Source: Patescibacteria group bacterium (GTDB lineage Bacteria; Patescibacteriota; Minisyncoccia; Phycocordibacterales; UBA2100). Taken from it: a stretch of 60,164 nucleotides of DNA. The notes beneath the pieces were generated by a model that saw only the letters and a list, made by a program, of their open reading frames with translations, ran no database searches and was not told the DNA's origin. The stretch's first letter is position 1. The number at the start of each line of letters is the position of its first letter. The position numbers were made by a program, and so were the translations under genes. The stretch is from contig JAKFXQ010000014.1 in the NCBI GenBank assembly GCA_021731295.1, positions 1 to 60,164 on the forward strand, given 5' to 3'. Positions 38,386 through 47,973 of this stretch are shown in pieces.

Positions 38386-38407
38386 AAGCGGCGCCGAGGC
38401 GCCGCTT
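38386..38407 (+). terminator. Intrinsic terminator hairpin
   Basis: AAGCGGCGCC / GGCGCCGCTT stem followed by CCTGTTT. Confidence 0.7.
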
Positions 38408-38598
38408 CCTGTTTATGTGACTATGCAGAAGAAGATGCGCGACCACCCCCTCTCCTTCGCCGCTGTGCGCACCTCAACCGTCTCACCGATGACGTAGGCA
38501 CTAGTCGGCACGGCGCGCAATCCTCTTACCCACGAAGATTGCAAGCCTTGGGCGCAGGGTGGCATAGATAATCTCGCCACGTTTCGCATCGAGCTCTG

Positions 38599-38665
38599 CA
38601 ATCTAGCGCCGTGTACGCCGGCAACGAGCGTAGACTATCGCATCGTTCTGTGGCGTGAGGAATAA
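38599..38665 (+). repeat. Direct repeat copy B (orphaned relic of the PilX-like gene 3' end)
   Basis: In frame it reads PCTPATSVDYRIVLWREE-stop, against PFTPATSLDYRIVLWREE-stop in copy A. An in-frame stop at 38495-38497 limits the relic. Confidence 0.8.
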
Positions 38666-38713
38666 ACATTTTGCGTCAATTTGGTGCAGGTCAATGCGTG
38701 CTACACTCGCCGC

Positions 38714-39454
38714 ATGAAGACACTCGTCGTCTGTAACTGGAAGATGAATCCGTCGAGCTGGAAAGAAGCGAAGAAGTTGTTTGAGGAGACGAAGAAGGCC
38801 GCGGGGAAAGCGCGGAGTGTGTCCGTCGTAGTTGCGCCACCCGCGCTGTATTTGCGCGAACTCTCGAAATTGGCGCGCTCTATTCCGCTTGCCGTGCAGC
38901 ATGCACATGCCGATGAGGGAGGTGCGCACACGGGGGAAATCTCGCTCGCACAAGCGGCGGAGTCGAAAGCGACGTATGCGATTATCGGACACGCGGAGCG
39001 ACGTGCACAGGGGGAAACCATCGAAGACACTAACAAGCAGATACTCTCGGCGCTCGCACATAAGATGACACCCATTCTCTGCGTGGGCGAGTCAACGCGT
39101 AGTATTCAGGGAGAATATTTTGAGACGGTGCGCTCGCAGGTAAAAGGCGCGCTCACAACCGTGCCACAGAATCGCATCGCAACAATCATTATTGCGTACG
39201 AACCGGTCTGGGCGATTGGTGCACCGCGCCCGATGGCTCCGCGCGACATGCACGAGATGGGCATCTTCATCAGGAAGACAATCGTGCAGGGATGGGGTGA
39301 TGTGGGGCATGCGGTTACGGTCCTCTATGGTGGGGCGGTAGATTCAACGAATGCGGCGCAGATTTTGGATGAGGGCGATGTGCGCGGCTTCCTTGTCGGT
39401 CGTGCAAGTGCGGAGCCCGAAAAGATTAAGGCCCTGATACAATCTCTCTCATGA
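38714..39454 (+). CDS. tpiA: Triosephosphate isomerase
   Basis: ORF trimmed to MKTLVVCNWKMN... YEPVWAIG. Confidence 0.93.
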   Translation: MKTLVVCNWKMNPSSWKEAKKLFEETKKAAGKARSVSVVVAPPALYLRELSKLARSIPLAVQHAHADEGGAHTGEISLAQAAESKATYAIIGHAERRAQGETIEDTNKQILSALAHKMTPILCVGESTRSIQGEYFETVRSQVKGALTTVPQNRIATIIIAYEPVWAIGAPRPMAPRDMHEMGIFIRKTIVQGWGDVGHAVTVLYGGAVDSTNAAQILDEGDVRGFLVGRASAEPEKIKALIQSLS

Positions 39455-40590
39455 AATGCATTGATGAAGTCCCGGCATCGGAATTTGCAGGGAAGCGTGT
39501 TCTCTTGCGAGCCGGACTGGACTTGTCGCTCGACTCACAGGGTCGTGTGACGGATCTCTTCCGCGTGAAGCGTGCACTCCCGACGTTGGAATATTTACGC
39601 AACGCTGGTGCACGAACGATTATCCTCTCCCACATCGGACGTGACACAACGCAGACGAATGCGCCAGTTGCTGCCGCCCTCGCGCCGTTCATGAAAGTTG
39701 TATACGTGCCTGATTTGTTAAGTCATGCCGCGCACGCTGCTGTGGAAGCAATGCAGCCAGGCGATATTGTGCTCCTCGAGAATATTCGTCAGCACTACGA
39801 TTTAGAGAAAGAGAATGATGAAGGATTTGCGAAAGAGCTTGCCTCACTCGGAGAAGTGTACGTCAATGACTCGTTCTCAAGCTCACACCGAGCACACGCA
39901 TCAATGGTCGCGCTTGCGAAACTCTTGCCGCACTATGCCGGTATTCTCGTACGAGACGAAGTGAAAGAGCTGACGCGTGCACTCACTCCGCCGGAACCAA
40001 GTTTTGCGCTCGTTGGTGGAGCGAAATTCGAAACGAAGGACCCCATTATCCGCGTCTTGCTCGATAAGTACGACCACGTGGGTGTTGTCGGCGCGCTCGC
40101 GAACGATATACTCAAAGCAAAGGGCTCGCCCGTGGGGCACTCGCTGGTTTCCGAGCACGCACCAGGCGCTGACGTGTTGATGCGCCCAACCCTCCTGTCG
40201 TCAGTGGATGTAACCGTAGAGCGCATAGATGGCCAGGTTCGTGTCGTTGAACCTTATGACGTGAGTCCGAATGACAAGATTGTAGACATAGGACCGGATA
40301 CGGTCGCGCAGTTTGCCGAACATATCCGCACGGCACAGTTCATTCTCTGGAATGGCCCGACAGGGCTCTACGAGGCCGGCTTCCTTACCTTCACACACCA
40401 AATCGGGCAACTGATACAGCGCCGCGCTGAAGCGGGCGCCTCCGTCGTCATTGGCGGCGGCGACACTATCGCGGCACTTGAACAATCGCACAGTGCCATG
40501 GATAAACTTGGCTTCCTTTCCACGGGCGGTGGCGCCATGCTCGAATTCCTCGTGCAGGGTACTCTGCCGGCTCTTGAGGCACTGAAATAA
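39451..40590 (+). CDS. pgk: Phosphoglycerate kinase
   Basis: 379 aa. ILSHIGRD, GGAKFETK, VIGGGDTIAA. 4-nt overlap with tpiA. Confidence 0.95.
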   Translation: MKCIDEVPASEFAGKRVLLRAGLDLSLDSQGRVTDLFRVKRALPTLEYLRNAGARTIILSHIGRDTTQTNAPVAAALAPFMKVVYVPDLLSHAAHAAVEAMQPGDIVLLENIRQHYDLEKENDEGFAKELASLGEVYVNDSFSSSHRAHASMVALAKLLPHYAGILVRDEVKELTRALTPPEPSFALVGGAKFETKDPIIRVLLDKYDHVGVVGALANDILKAKGSPVGHSLVSEHAPGADVLMRPTLLSSVDVTVERIDGQVRVVEPYDVSPNDKIVDIGPDTVAQFAEHIRTAQFILWNGPTGLYEAGFLTFTHQIGQLIQRRAEAGASVVIGGGDTIAALEQSHSAMDKLGFLSTGGGAMLEFLVQGTLPALEALK

Positions 40591-40626
40591 TTGGCTGTAA
40601 AGAGTATTGCCTCGTAGAATGCTGCG

Positions 40627-41334
40627 ATGGAACCAATGAAACAGGTCGTCATACTCGCCGCAGGGCGCGGCACGCGTATGGGGGCACTTACAGACGATTG
40701 CCCGAAGCCCATGCTGCACGTAGCAGGGAAGACCTTGCTCGAGCATAAGTTCGACATACTACCTGACAGTATCGAAGAAATAGTTCTGGTTGTTGGCTAT
40801 CTGCAGGACCACATACGTCGCGCGTACGGCGAGAGCTACAACGGGCGGCGTCTTACGTACGTCGAGCAGGAGAATATCGTCGGCGGTACGATGGACGCAC
40901 TCGCTCACGCCGCCCCATTCCTTAATAACCGATTCCTTGTCCTCATGGGGGATGACATCTATACGAGTGCGGATATACGCGTGATGACCGAGCACAGGTG
41001 GGCGCTTCTTGCGGCGCGTGTGCCGGACGTGGCGCGCGGAGGCTCGCTCGTCGCCGAAGACGGCGTGCTCAAGGACATCGTCGAGCAGACACGCACAGGT
41101 CCCGGCCTCATTAGTACGAACCTCTTCGCTCTCGATACGCGCATCTTTGAGTATCCTGCCGTCGCGAAATCTTCTGGTTCGAGCGAACTCGGCCTTCCAC
41201 AGACGGTGCTTGCCGCGTCACGCGCTTCCGGCATTCCTCTCGAGATAATCGAAACGGAGGCGTGGATTCAGATTTCGAACCCCGAAGACATTCAGAGCGC
41301 CGAAGAAATTCTGTCCACACGTGCATCAGAGTAA
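40627..41334 (+). CDS. Sugar-phosphate nucleotidyltransferase (NTP_transferase family)
   Basis: 235 aa. VILAAGRGTRMG...PKPML signature. Confidence 0.85.
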   Translation: MEPMKQVVILAAGRGTRMGALTDDCPKPMLHVAGKTLLEHKFDILPDSIEEIVLVVGYLQDHIRRAYGESYNGRRLTYVEQENIVGGTMDALAHAAPFLNNRFLVLMGDDIYTSADIRVMTEHRWALLAARVPDVARGGSLVAEDGVLKDIVEQTRTGPGLISTNLFALDTRIFEYPAVAKSSGSSELGLPQTVLAASRASGIPLEIIETEAWIQISNPEDIQSAEEILSTRASE

Positions 41335-41361
41335 CTCGCTGCGGTAGGGCATACTTCTCGT

Positions 41362-42735
41362 ATGCATGTGCGCCTTTTTGCGCTCCTCGTTCTCGTGCCG
41401 GTCTTTGCCTTCGCGCAGACGGACACGGCTTCTTTACTGAAAGCGCAAATTGCTGCCATCGAGGCACAGATACGGGCGTTGCAAGCGGGTGGTTCCACAG
41501 GAGCAGGTGCAACACGTACGTGTCCCACGTTAACGCGTTCTCTGTATAGAGGACTCTCCGGCGCCGACGTGCGTTCGCTCCAAGACTTTCTTCGTAGCGA
41601 AGGTGTGTTCTTCGAAGAATCGACCGGGTTCTTTGGTGCCATCACGGAAGCCGCGGTGAAAGAATGGCAAGTCGCGCGCGGTGTCGTCAATCCAAATGGG
41701 GATATCAGCGGGTGGGGGATAGTCGGCCCCAAAACGCGCGCCGCAATTGCACAGCGTTGTTCATCTTCTGGCGCTCCAGGCCCAGGGGCAACGACCATAG
41801 TTGTAAATCCACTGAATTCTCCAGCGCCCATCCCTCCCGCACCTGCTCCAGCAACCGCAGCGTCTTCTACGCAAGGTGCCTATGCCGCACTTGAACAATT
41901 GGCTTCTGGAACAAGTGCAACGGGCACGGCGGTTGCGTCGCGACCGAATCGTGCACCGACCATTTTCGGTATCGATGGGCCGTCCGAGCTGGAAGTGGGA
42001 ATGCGCGGAGTATTCACCGTACTTGCCGATGATGCAGACGATGACCGCTTGCTGTACGACATGACGTGGGGGGAGTCGACGCCCCTTGATGCGCTCTACG
42101 CGCTCGCCGGACTTGAACCATCCAGTCCGTATAGTGTGTTTTCCCATACCTATGGAACGGCTGGTTTGTATACACTTACCGCAACGGTGCGCGATTCTCG
42201 CGGGGGGACGACAAAGACAACGCGCATTATTCGCGTACGTCCAGTGTCTACCTCGTGTCCTGGGTGCGCGACGTCAACACCGCTCTACGAGCAACCGCCG
42301 CCAACACAGATTCAGATTCCAAGTGGCATCACCTCGTGCGCAACGCCATGGGGAGGCATCATCCTGCAGACAGGAGGGACAACAACGGCAGAGACGTATT
42401 TCCGCGGCAGTGTGTCATTCACAGGGGAGGCGCCGCAGATGCGCTGTGTAGCAGGGCGGTGGCAGCGTTGTTCTCCGCAAGGGACGAACTGCGTTGCCCA
42501 CACGCCGCCCGCGACAAATCAGTCTATGGCGAGTCTTCGTCGCTATGCCGACGTCGTCGGCTCACCAGGATGCACCCCCGGGGGACTGACTGTACGCACT
42601 GAAGCGCGATCGCTCTTGTGTGCAAACGTCATACATCAGGCACAGCAAGGACGATGTGCATACACACAAGAGGAAACGGCGGTAGAGCTGTTCTGTTCGT
42701 ACAATAACTGGGCAGAACGACTGACGCTTCAGTAG
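41362..42735 (+). CDS. Secreted paralog 1: coiled-coil, PG-binding, PKD-like, Cys-rich C-domain
   Basis: 457 aa. Signal peptide LFALLVLVPVFAFAQ. PG_binding_1-like LYRGLSGADVRSLQDFLRSEG...FGAITEAAVKEWQ. PKD-like ...YDMTWGES...HTYGTAGLYTLTATVRD. Confidence 0.75.
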   Translation: MHVRLFALLVLVPVFAFAQTDTASLLKAQIAAIEAQIRALQAGGSTGAGATRTCPTLTRSLYRGLSGADVRSLQDFLRSEGVFFEESTGFFGAITEAAVKEWQVARGVVNPNGDISGWGIVGPKTRAAIAQRCSSSGAPGPGATTIVVNPLNSPAPIPPAPAPATAASSTQGAYAALEQLASGTSATGTAVASRPNRAPTIFGIDGPSELEVGMRGVFTVLADDADDDRLLYDMTWGESTPLDALYALAGLEPSSPYSVFSHTYGTAGLYTLTATVRDSRGGTTKTTRIIRVRPVSTSCPGCATSTPLYEQPPPTQIQIPSGITSCATPWGGIILQTGGTTTAETYFRGSVSFTGEAPQMRCVAGRWQRCSPQGTNCVAHTPPATNQSMASLRRYADVVGSPGCTPGGLTVRTEARSLLCANVIHQAQQGRCAYTQEETAVELFCSYNNWAERLTLQ

Positions 42736-42792
42736 CAAGCCCTATCCACACAGGGTATACCGACGGCATGCCGCGTACCGCATACTGACGGT

Positions 42793-43905
42793 ATGCGCAT
42801 CGTTGCGACCCTCCTCTTCGCTCTCGTGTTTCTCCCGGCCATCACTGCAGCCCAGACTGCTCCAGCACTTGAGGCGCAGATAACTGCATTACTGCAGCAG
42901 CTTGCGGCACTGCAGGCGCAACTGCGCAGCGCGGAACAGGCGGCACTCACACCAAGCCCTGCGCTCACTGCCCCACTCACCATCGTTGATAGACATCGAT
43001 TCTGCCGCGCGTACTCACGCGAACTGAAGCGGGGTCTTTCGGGTGACGATGTTCGCGCTCTGCAAGAGTTTCTTATTACAGAAGGCATGTTCGCAGGCGA
43101 GCCGACTGGTTATTTTGGACCCATAACAGTTGAGGCGCTTCAGGCGTGGCAGGCCCGTGAAGGTATTGTTTCTTCGGGGAGCGAAGCAGCGACCGGCTGG
43201 GGTGTGTTCGGCCCACGGACGCATGCGCACTTCACACGGTGGTGCGGCGGCATAGGGGCTACGGCAGCGCTTACGATGCGTGCGAGTCCTACGTTCGGTA
43301 TCGCGCCACTTGAGGTAGACGTGACGACGAACATCAGCGGCTTTCGTGCCGGCAATGAACGGTACGTCATCGATTTTGGTGACGGTACCATTGCCTACGC
43401 TACGCCATGTTTCGCGCCGTTCGATACCTGTGACGCGCCAGGAGTGAATACGCACACGTACACAAAGAATGGCACCTATACCGTACGCCTTATTCGAACA
43501 ACGTCTCCGTGCCCGATAGACAATACATGTGGCATTCCTGGCACCGCGAAACAACTCTCGACACTCTCCATACAAGTGACTGATACACAGGCATGTTCGC
43601 GTGAACCGAATCATGTGTGCGCTCTGCAGCGCGTTACCTGCGTCGCGCCACCATGCGGTCCTGTCGAAGTTTCCTTTACGAACCGGTGTCTCATGGAAGC
43701 GGCAGGGGCGACATTCCTCTACGAAGGCCAGTGTCGCCCTGCTACTGCGGACCCGTCGGCGGATGCGAAATGCTCGGCATGGTTTGACGGCTGTAATACC
43801 TGTACGCGTACCAATCCTGGCGCGGCAGGAGCATGTACACGCATGTACTGCACTCCTCCGGAAGGGCAGGCACCGAAACCCTACTGCAGTGCGTACTTCG
43901 AGTAG
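42793..43905 (+). CDS. Secreted paralog 2: coiled-coil, PG-binding, PKD-like, Kazal-like, CxxWxDGCNTC module
   Basis: 370 aa. Signal peptide. LKRGLSGDDVRALQEFLITEG...FGPITVEALQAWQ. IDFGDGT...HTYTKNGTYTVRL. Kazal-like ...SFTNRCLMEAAGATFLYEGQC. CSAWFDGCNTCTR...YCSAYF. Confidence 0.75.
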   Translation: MRIVATLLFALVFLPAITAAQTAPALEAQITALLQQLAALQAQLRSAEQAALTPSPALTAPLTIVDRHRFCRAYSRELKRGLSGDDVRALQEFLITEGMFAGEPTGYFGPITVEALQAWQAREGIVSSGSEAATGWGVFGPRTHAHFTRWCGGIGATAALTMRASPTFGIAPLEVDVTTNISGFRAGNERYVIDFGDGTIAYATPCFAPFDTCDAPGVNTHTYTKNGTYTVRLIRTTSPCPIDNTCGIPGTAKQLSTLSIQVTDTQACSREPNHVCALQRVTCVAPPCGPVEVSFTNRCLMEAAGATFLYEGQCRPATADPSADAKCSAWFDGCNTCTRTNPGAAGACTRMYCTPPEGQAPKPYCSAYFE

Positions 43906-44049
43906 GTTCGTCCTCTGAAAGAAACATCGCCGTCAGACGTCTCAAGAAGCGAGACGCATTGTGGATGCACACGGATGCGCTATCGTGTAGGCAGTAACAC
44001 GACACGTTAATACGCTTTTAGCATTATTACTACGTTTAACATTGTATTC

Positions 44050-45756
44050 ATGAAGAAATTCGCAGGTCTTCTCATTGCGCTCGCCATTGCGGCGCCGGTC
44101 GCGACGTCAGCATTGTCGGTCGCTGATATCCAGGCACAGATTCAAGCACTCTTCGCAAAATTAAGCGAACTCCGACTGCAGCTTCAAACAGCAGAGCAGG
44201 CGGGCGGTCCCGTCTCAACCTCTCCAGTGAAACCCGACTATATTCGTCCGCGCGTCTGCGATTTCCTTGAACGACGCCTCTTGGCGGGTGAATCCGGTGA
44301 GCACGTCATGTCATTGCAAGAATTTCTCAAGCAGGAAGGCATTTTTAAACAAGACGCGACTGGCTATTTTGGTCCAGTCACGGCAGAAGCGGTGAAGGCG
44401 TGGCAGCTCAAGGAAGGAGTTATCGGTGCGCTCGGCGCACCGGGCGCTGGTCTCTTTGGACCACGGTCTCGCGAGTTCCTCTTGCGTCGTTGTGGTGGCA
44501 CTAGCGAGAGTGGCCTCTTGCGTGCCTCGCCACAACAGGGAGCCGCGCCGCTAACGGTTACTTTCGGCGTGAACGTCGGCGGCCTCCGACCTGCCCACAT
44601 TCGTTATGAAATAGATTTCGGCGACGGTACGCGTTCTGCTGCGCCGGAATGTCTTGCGCCAGCTGACGCATGCACGTCCCCAGGAATCATTGCGCATACC
44701 TACGTCATGAACGGCAAGTATGAAGCAAAGCTCATCAAGGTGACCCAGAATACGTGTCAGTCGAATACGGACATCGCGTGCGCAGCCTGGTACAGCGCTG
44801 AGGAAGTTGTTGGGCGTGTCTATATCGCCGTAGGTGAGACCGGTCCGATTGCCTGCACGCTCGAATACGCTCCCGTCTGTGGAGCAAAATCTATCGTCTG
44901 CATCACGACGCCGTGCGACCCAATTCCAACAACCTACGGCAACAAATGTGCCATGCAGGCCGACGGCGCGTCGTTCCTCTATATGGGTGAATGTGGGTCT
45001 CAAACGTACCCTGACCCGGCACAAGATCCGATGTGTAAATCATGGAACGATGGGTGCAATACCTGTGGGCGCAGTGAGCCTGGCGGAATGGCAGCCTGCA
45101 CGTTGAGATACTGTGTGGCTCCAGGGAAGCCATACTGCACCGCATACTTCCCGAAGGACACGAGCAGCAACAAGCCGCCGACCATCCATTCGGTCGAAGC
45201 CCCCACGGTACTTGCGGTGAATGAAACCGGCACGTGGAAAGTTAACGCGAGCGATCCCGAAAACGGCTCACTCTCGTACCGTATAGACTGGGGCGACTCG
45301 TATAAAGCGGACGGTCAGGTCGCTGGAGGGGCGCCTGTCTCGCAAGTGCAGCAGAACTCGTTCACGCACAGCTATGCGTACGCGGGGACGTACACCATCT
45401 ATGTGTACGTAACCGACAATAAGGGCGCGCAGGCGAAATGGACGACGACAGTTGCCGTAGGAGGCGGGCCGATTGCGTGCACGAAGGAATACATGCCTGT
45501 CTGTGCCACTCCCTACTATTGTCAGGTGTCGAAGTACGCAGCCGGGCAAATCCCACTCGAATGTTTAATCGGAAAGACGTATGGAAACCGATGTACTGCA
45601 GAGGCGGATAAGGCTTCATTCCTCTACCAAGGTCAGTGTCAGAGTCAGCCAATTGCGTGCACCGCAGATGCCCGACAGTGTCCTGACGGCAGTTATGTTG
45701 GTCGCACAGGTCCCAACTGCAAATTCGTCTGCTCCGGAGGAGTCGTCTTCGACTAA
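44050..45756 (+). CDS. Secreted paralog 3: coiled-coil, PG-binding, PKD-like, Kazal-like, CxxWxDGCNTC, second PKD-like, second Kazal-like
   Basis: 568 aa. Kazal-type patterns CTLEYAPVCG...TYGNKCAMQADGASFLYMGEC and CTKEYMPVCA...TYGNRCTAEADKASFLYQGQC. PKD-like YRIDWGD...YTIYVYVTDNKG. Confidence 0.78.
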   Translation: MKKFAGLLIALAIAAPVATSALSVADIQAQIQALFAKLSELRLQLQTAEQAGGPVSTSPVKPDYIRPRVCDFLERRLLAGESGEHVMSLQEFLKQEGIFKQDATGYFGPVTAEAVKAWQLKEGVIGALGAPGAGLFGPRSREFLLRRCGGTSESGLLRASPQQGAAPLTVTFGVNVGGLRPAHIRYEIDFGDGTRSAAPECLAPADACTSPGIIAHTYVMNGKYEAKLIKVTQNTCQSNTDIACAAWYSAEEVVGRVYIAVGETGPIACTLEYAPVCGAKSIVCITTPCDPIPTTYGNKCAMQADGASFLYMGECGSQTYPDPAQDPMCKSWNDGCNTCGRSEPGGMAACTLRYCVAPGKPYCTAYFPKDTSSNKPPTIHSVEAPTVLAVNETGTWKVNASDPENGSLSYRIDWGDSYKADGQVAGGAPVSQVQQNSFTHSYAYAGTYTIYVYVTDNKGAQAKWTTTVAVGGGPIACTKEYMPVCATPYYCQVSKYAAGQIPLECLIGKTYGNRCTAEADKASFLYQGQCQSQPIACTADARQCPDGSYVGRTGPNCKFVCSGGVVFD

Positions 45757-45774
45757 CGCAACAGAGACGACGTC

Positions 45775-45800
45775 AGAAAGGCCCCTTAGGGGGCCTTTCT
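45775..45800. terminator. Bidirectional terminator hairpin overlapping the HIT gene stop codon
   Basis: AGAAAGGCCCC-TTAG-GGGGCCTTTCT. Confidence 0.8.
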
Positions 45801-46244
45801 AATGCGCTCCGCTATCTGTGCCAAGGTCGCGTCATCTGCGCGCTTGTGGTCGTGCGACGAAATGTGCCCCTCGTAGAATTCAAAGTATTTGTCGACGTCT
45901 GATTTCCGTTCGCGCCACGTATCGCTCGTGGTGCCATGAAGGGGAAACAGCTTGATATGCAAATGGTCTACACCGAATCCCTCGAATACGAACGCGCACC
46001 GGTCAACATCTTCGTATGCGGTGTCGATTTTCTTCGCGACCTTCTTCGCGAACGAGAGTAACGCGTCGGATACGGAATCTGGTACGTCAACCACGTAGCT
46101 TCCGTGATGTTGTTTGGGTATGACGACGGTGACCGCTTCGGTGTTAGGAAAGATGCTCAAGAACGCCACGTGCGCGTCGTCTTCATGCACGATGTGCGAC
46201 GGAGCGGTTCCGGCGACGATGTTGCAGAAAATACACTCGTTCAT
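45786..46244 (-). CDS. HIT-family (histidine triad) protein
   Basis: 152 aa. CIFCNIV...AFLSIFPN and the histidine triad VDHLHIKLFP. Confidence 0.9.
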   Translation of the reverse strand: MNECIFCNIVAGTAPSHIVHEDDAHVAFLSIFPNTEAVTVVIPKQHHGSYVVDVPDSVSDALLSFAKKVAKKIDTAYEDVDRCAFVFEGFGVDHLHIKLFPLHGTTSDTWRERKSDVDKYFEFYEGHISSHDHKRADDATLAQIAERIRKAP

Positions 46245-46305
46245 GTCTGCAGTATCCGGTAATCAGCGGAAAGCGGCAAGGCCCTACGACGTATACAATG
46301 ATGTG

Positions 46306-47973
46306 ATGTCAGTTCTCATCGAGCACCTCCTGGAGAAACGAGGCATAGTTTCCGCTGCTGACATTGAACGCTTTCTCGCGCCGGATTTCTCGCGCGATAC
46401 ACATCATTACTCACTCATCCAAGATATGGAGAGAGCCGTTGCGCGGATTCTTGCGGCGATACTTCATAGCGAACGCATAGCAATCTATGCCGACTTTGAT
46501 TGTGACGGCATTCCTGGCGCCGCACTCCTCTATGACCTGTTTCGCAAGATAGGCTATGACAATATCGAGGTGTACATCCCCCATAGAGATACGGAAGGGT
46601 ACGGTGTGCACCCGGCGGCATTGAAAGTGCTCTCAGAGCGCGGCGTCGGGCTCATTATTACGGTGGACGTTGGCACGACCGCCGTTGAACCAGTGCGGTA
46701 CGCGAAAGAGCTCGGTATGGATGTCATCGTGACCGACCACCATGAATTACAGGACGTGCTTCCCGAGTGCATCGTCATCAATCCTAAGTGCGGCGAGTAT
46801 CCGTTTCGTGATCTTTGTGGCTCCGGCGTCGCGTGGAAACTCGCAACGGCGCTCATTGCTGGCGGGCGTGAGCGGGGCATTGAGGCATTCACCGCTATAC
46901 CAGAAGGCTGGGAGAAGTGGCTGTTGGATTTCGTTGCCATTGCGACTGTTGCCGACCTCGTTCCTCTCATCGGCGAGAATCGCGTCCTCACCCACTTCGG
47001 GCTCACAGTCTTACGGAAGTCACCACGTCCCGGTATACGGGCACTCTGCCAAGCGACGCGCCTGCGCCAACCGGAAATTACTGAGGACGATATCTCATTC
47101 ACCTTTGCCCCGCGCCTGAACGCTGCATCCCGCATGGGCGATCCGGAGACAGCGTTCAAGCTGCTCACCACGACCGACATGAATGAAGCGGAATCACTCG
47201 CACGGCACCTCGAGGAATTGAATGCGAAACGCAAAGGTGCGGTGGCGAGCATGGTGCGCGAAGCGCGAAAGCGTGTCAGGGCCCGGTATGGCGAGGAGGC
47301 ATCGGTTGTTGTGCTTGGTGATACGGCATGGAAACCGGGCCTCTTGGGATTGCTTGCGAACACGCTCATGGGCGAGCGTGGCGGCTTGGTCTGTGTGTGG
47401 GGAGAGAATGCCAACGGCGAATTGAAAGGCTCGTGTCGTTCGGACGGCTCCATTTCCGTCGTTGACGTCTTAGCCGCGGCAGGAGATGCGCTCATCGAAT
47501 ATGGAGGTCATCAGCAATCTGGTGGATTCTCGCTCACGAGGGAACAGGCACTGACGTTACCTGAAGCGCTCGAGCGAGCAGCTACCACGCTCGAAGCGCG
47601 TGCCGTAGCGCCATCGAATACATTTGACGCAGAACTTGGTTTACGTGAACTTTCCTGGGCGCTCTACATGGACCTTACGCGACTTGCCCCGTTTGGCATG
47701 GGTAATGCGAAGCCCGTGTTCCGCATCCCGCGTGCGTCTATCGTATCGGTGCGCTCCTTTGGCAAAGAGAAGAACCATACTGAAGTTGAGCTTGCGTGTT
47801 TTGATTCTGGAGCCAAAGTGCGCGGCTTTGATTTCTTCCGGACGCCGGATGATTTCACTCGTGCGCCTGAGAGTGGTGCAGTCATTGACGTTTTCGCCAC
47901 CATTTCGCGCGACACGTTTCGTGGACAGCGTGCGCTCGCACTGCGCGTCATCGACATTGTTGAGTGCCGTTAA
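46306..47973 (+). CDS. recJ: Single-stranded-DNA-specific exonuclease RecJ
   Basis: ORF 46114..47973 trimmed to MSVLIEHLLEKRGI (46306; 46243 also possible). DHH motifs IYADFDCDG, TVDVG, VTDHH, and a DHHA1 region. Confidence 0.9.
   Translation: MSVLIEHLLEKRGIVSAADIERFLAPDFSRDTHHYSLIQDMERAVARILAAILHSERIAIYADFDCDGIPGAALLYDLFRKIGYDNIEVYIPHRDTEGYGVHPAALKVLSERGVGLIITVDVGTTAVEPVRYAKELGMDVIVTDHHELQDVLPECIVINPKCGEYPFRDLCGSGVAWKLATALIAGGRERGIEAFTAIPEGWEKWLLDFVAIATVADLVPLIGENRVLTHFGLTVLRKSPRPGIRALCQATRLRQPEITEDDISFTFAPRLNAASRMGDPETAFKLLTTTDMNEAESLARHLEELNAKRKGAVASMVREARKRVRARYGEEASVVVLGDTAWKPGLLGLLANTLMGERGGLVCVWGENANGELKGSCRSDGSISVVDVLAAAGDALIEYGGHQQSGGFSLTREQALTLPEALERAATTLEARAVAPSNTFDAELGLRELSWALYMDLTRLAPFGMGNAKPVFRIPRASIVSVRSFGKEKNHTEVELACFDSGAKVRGFDFFRTPDDFTRAPESGAVIDVFATISRDTFRGQRALALRVIDIVECR

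Noticed and set aside
38413-38601. 62-aa minus-strand ORF inside the repeat-flanked cassette.
   Set aside because: It has a TTG start and no SD. It is also antisense to the in-frame relic of the PilX-like gene end, so it is probably not coding.
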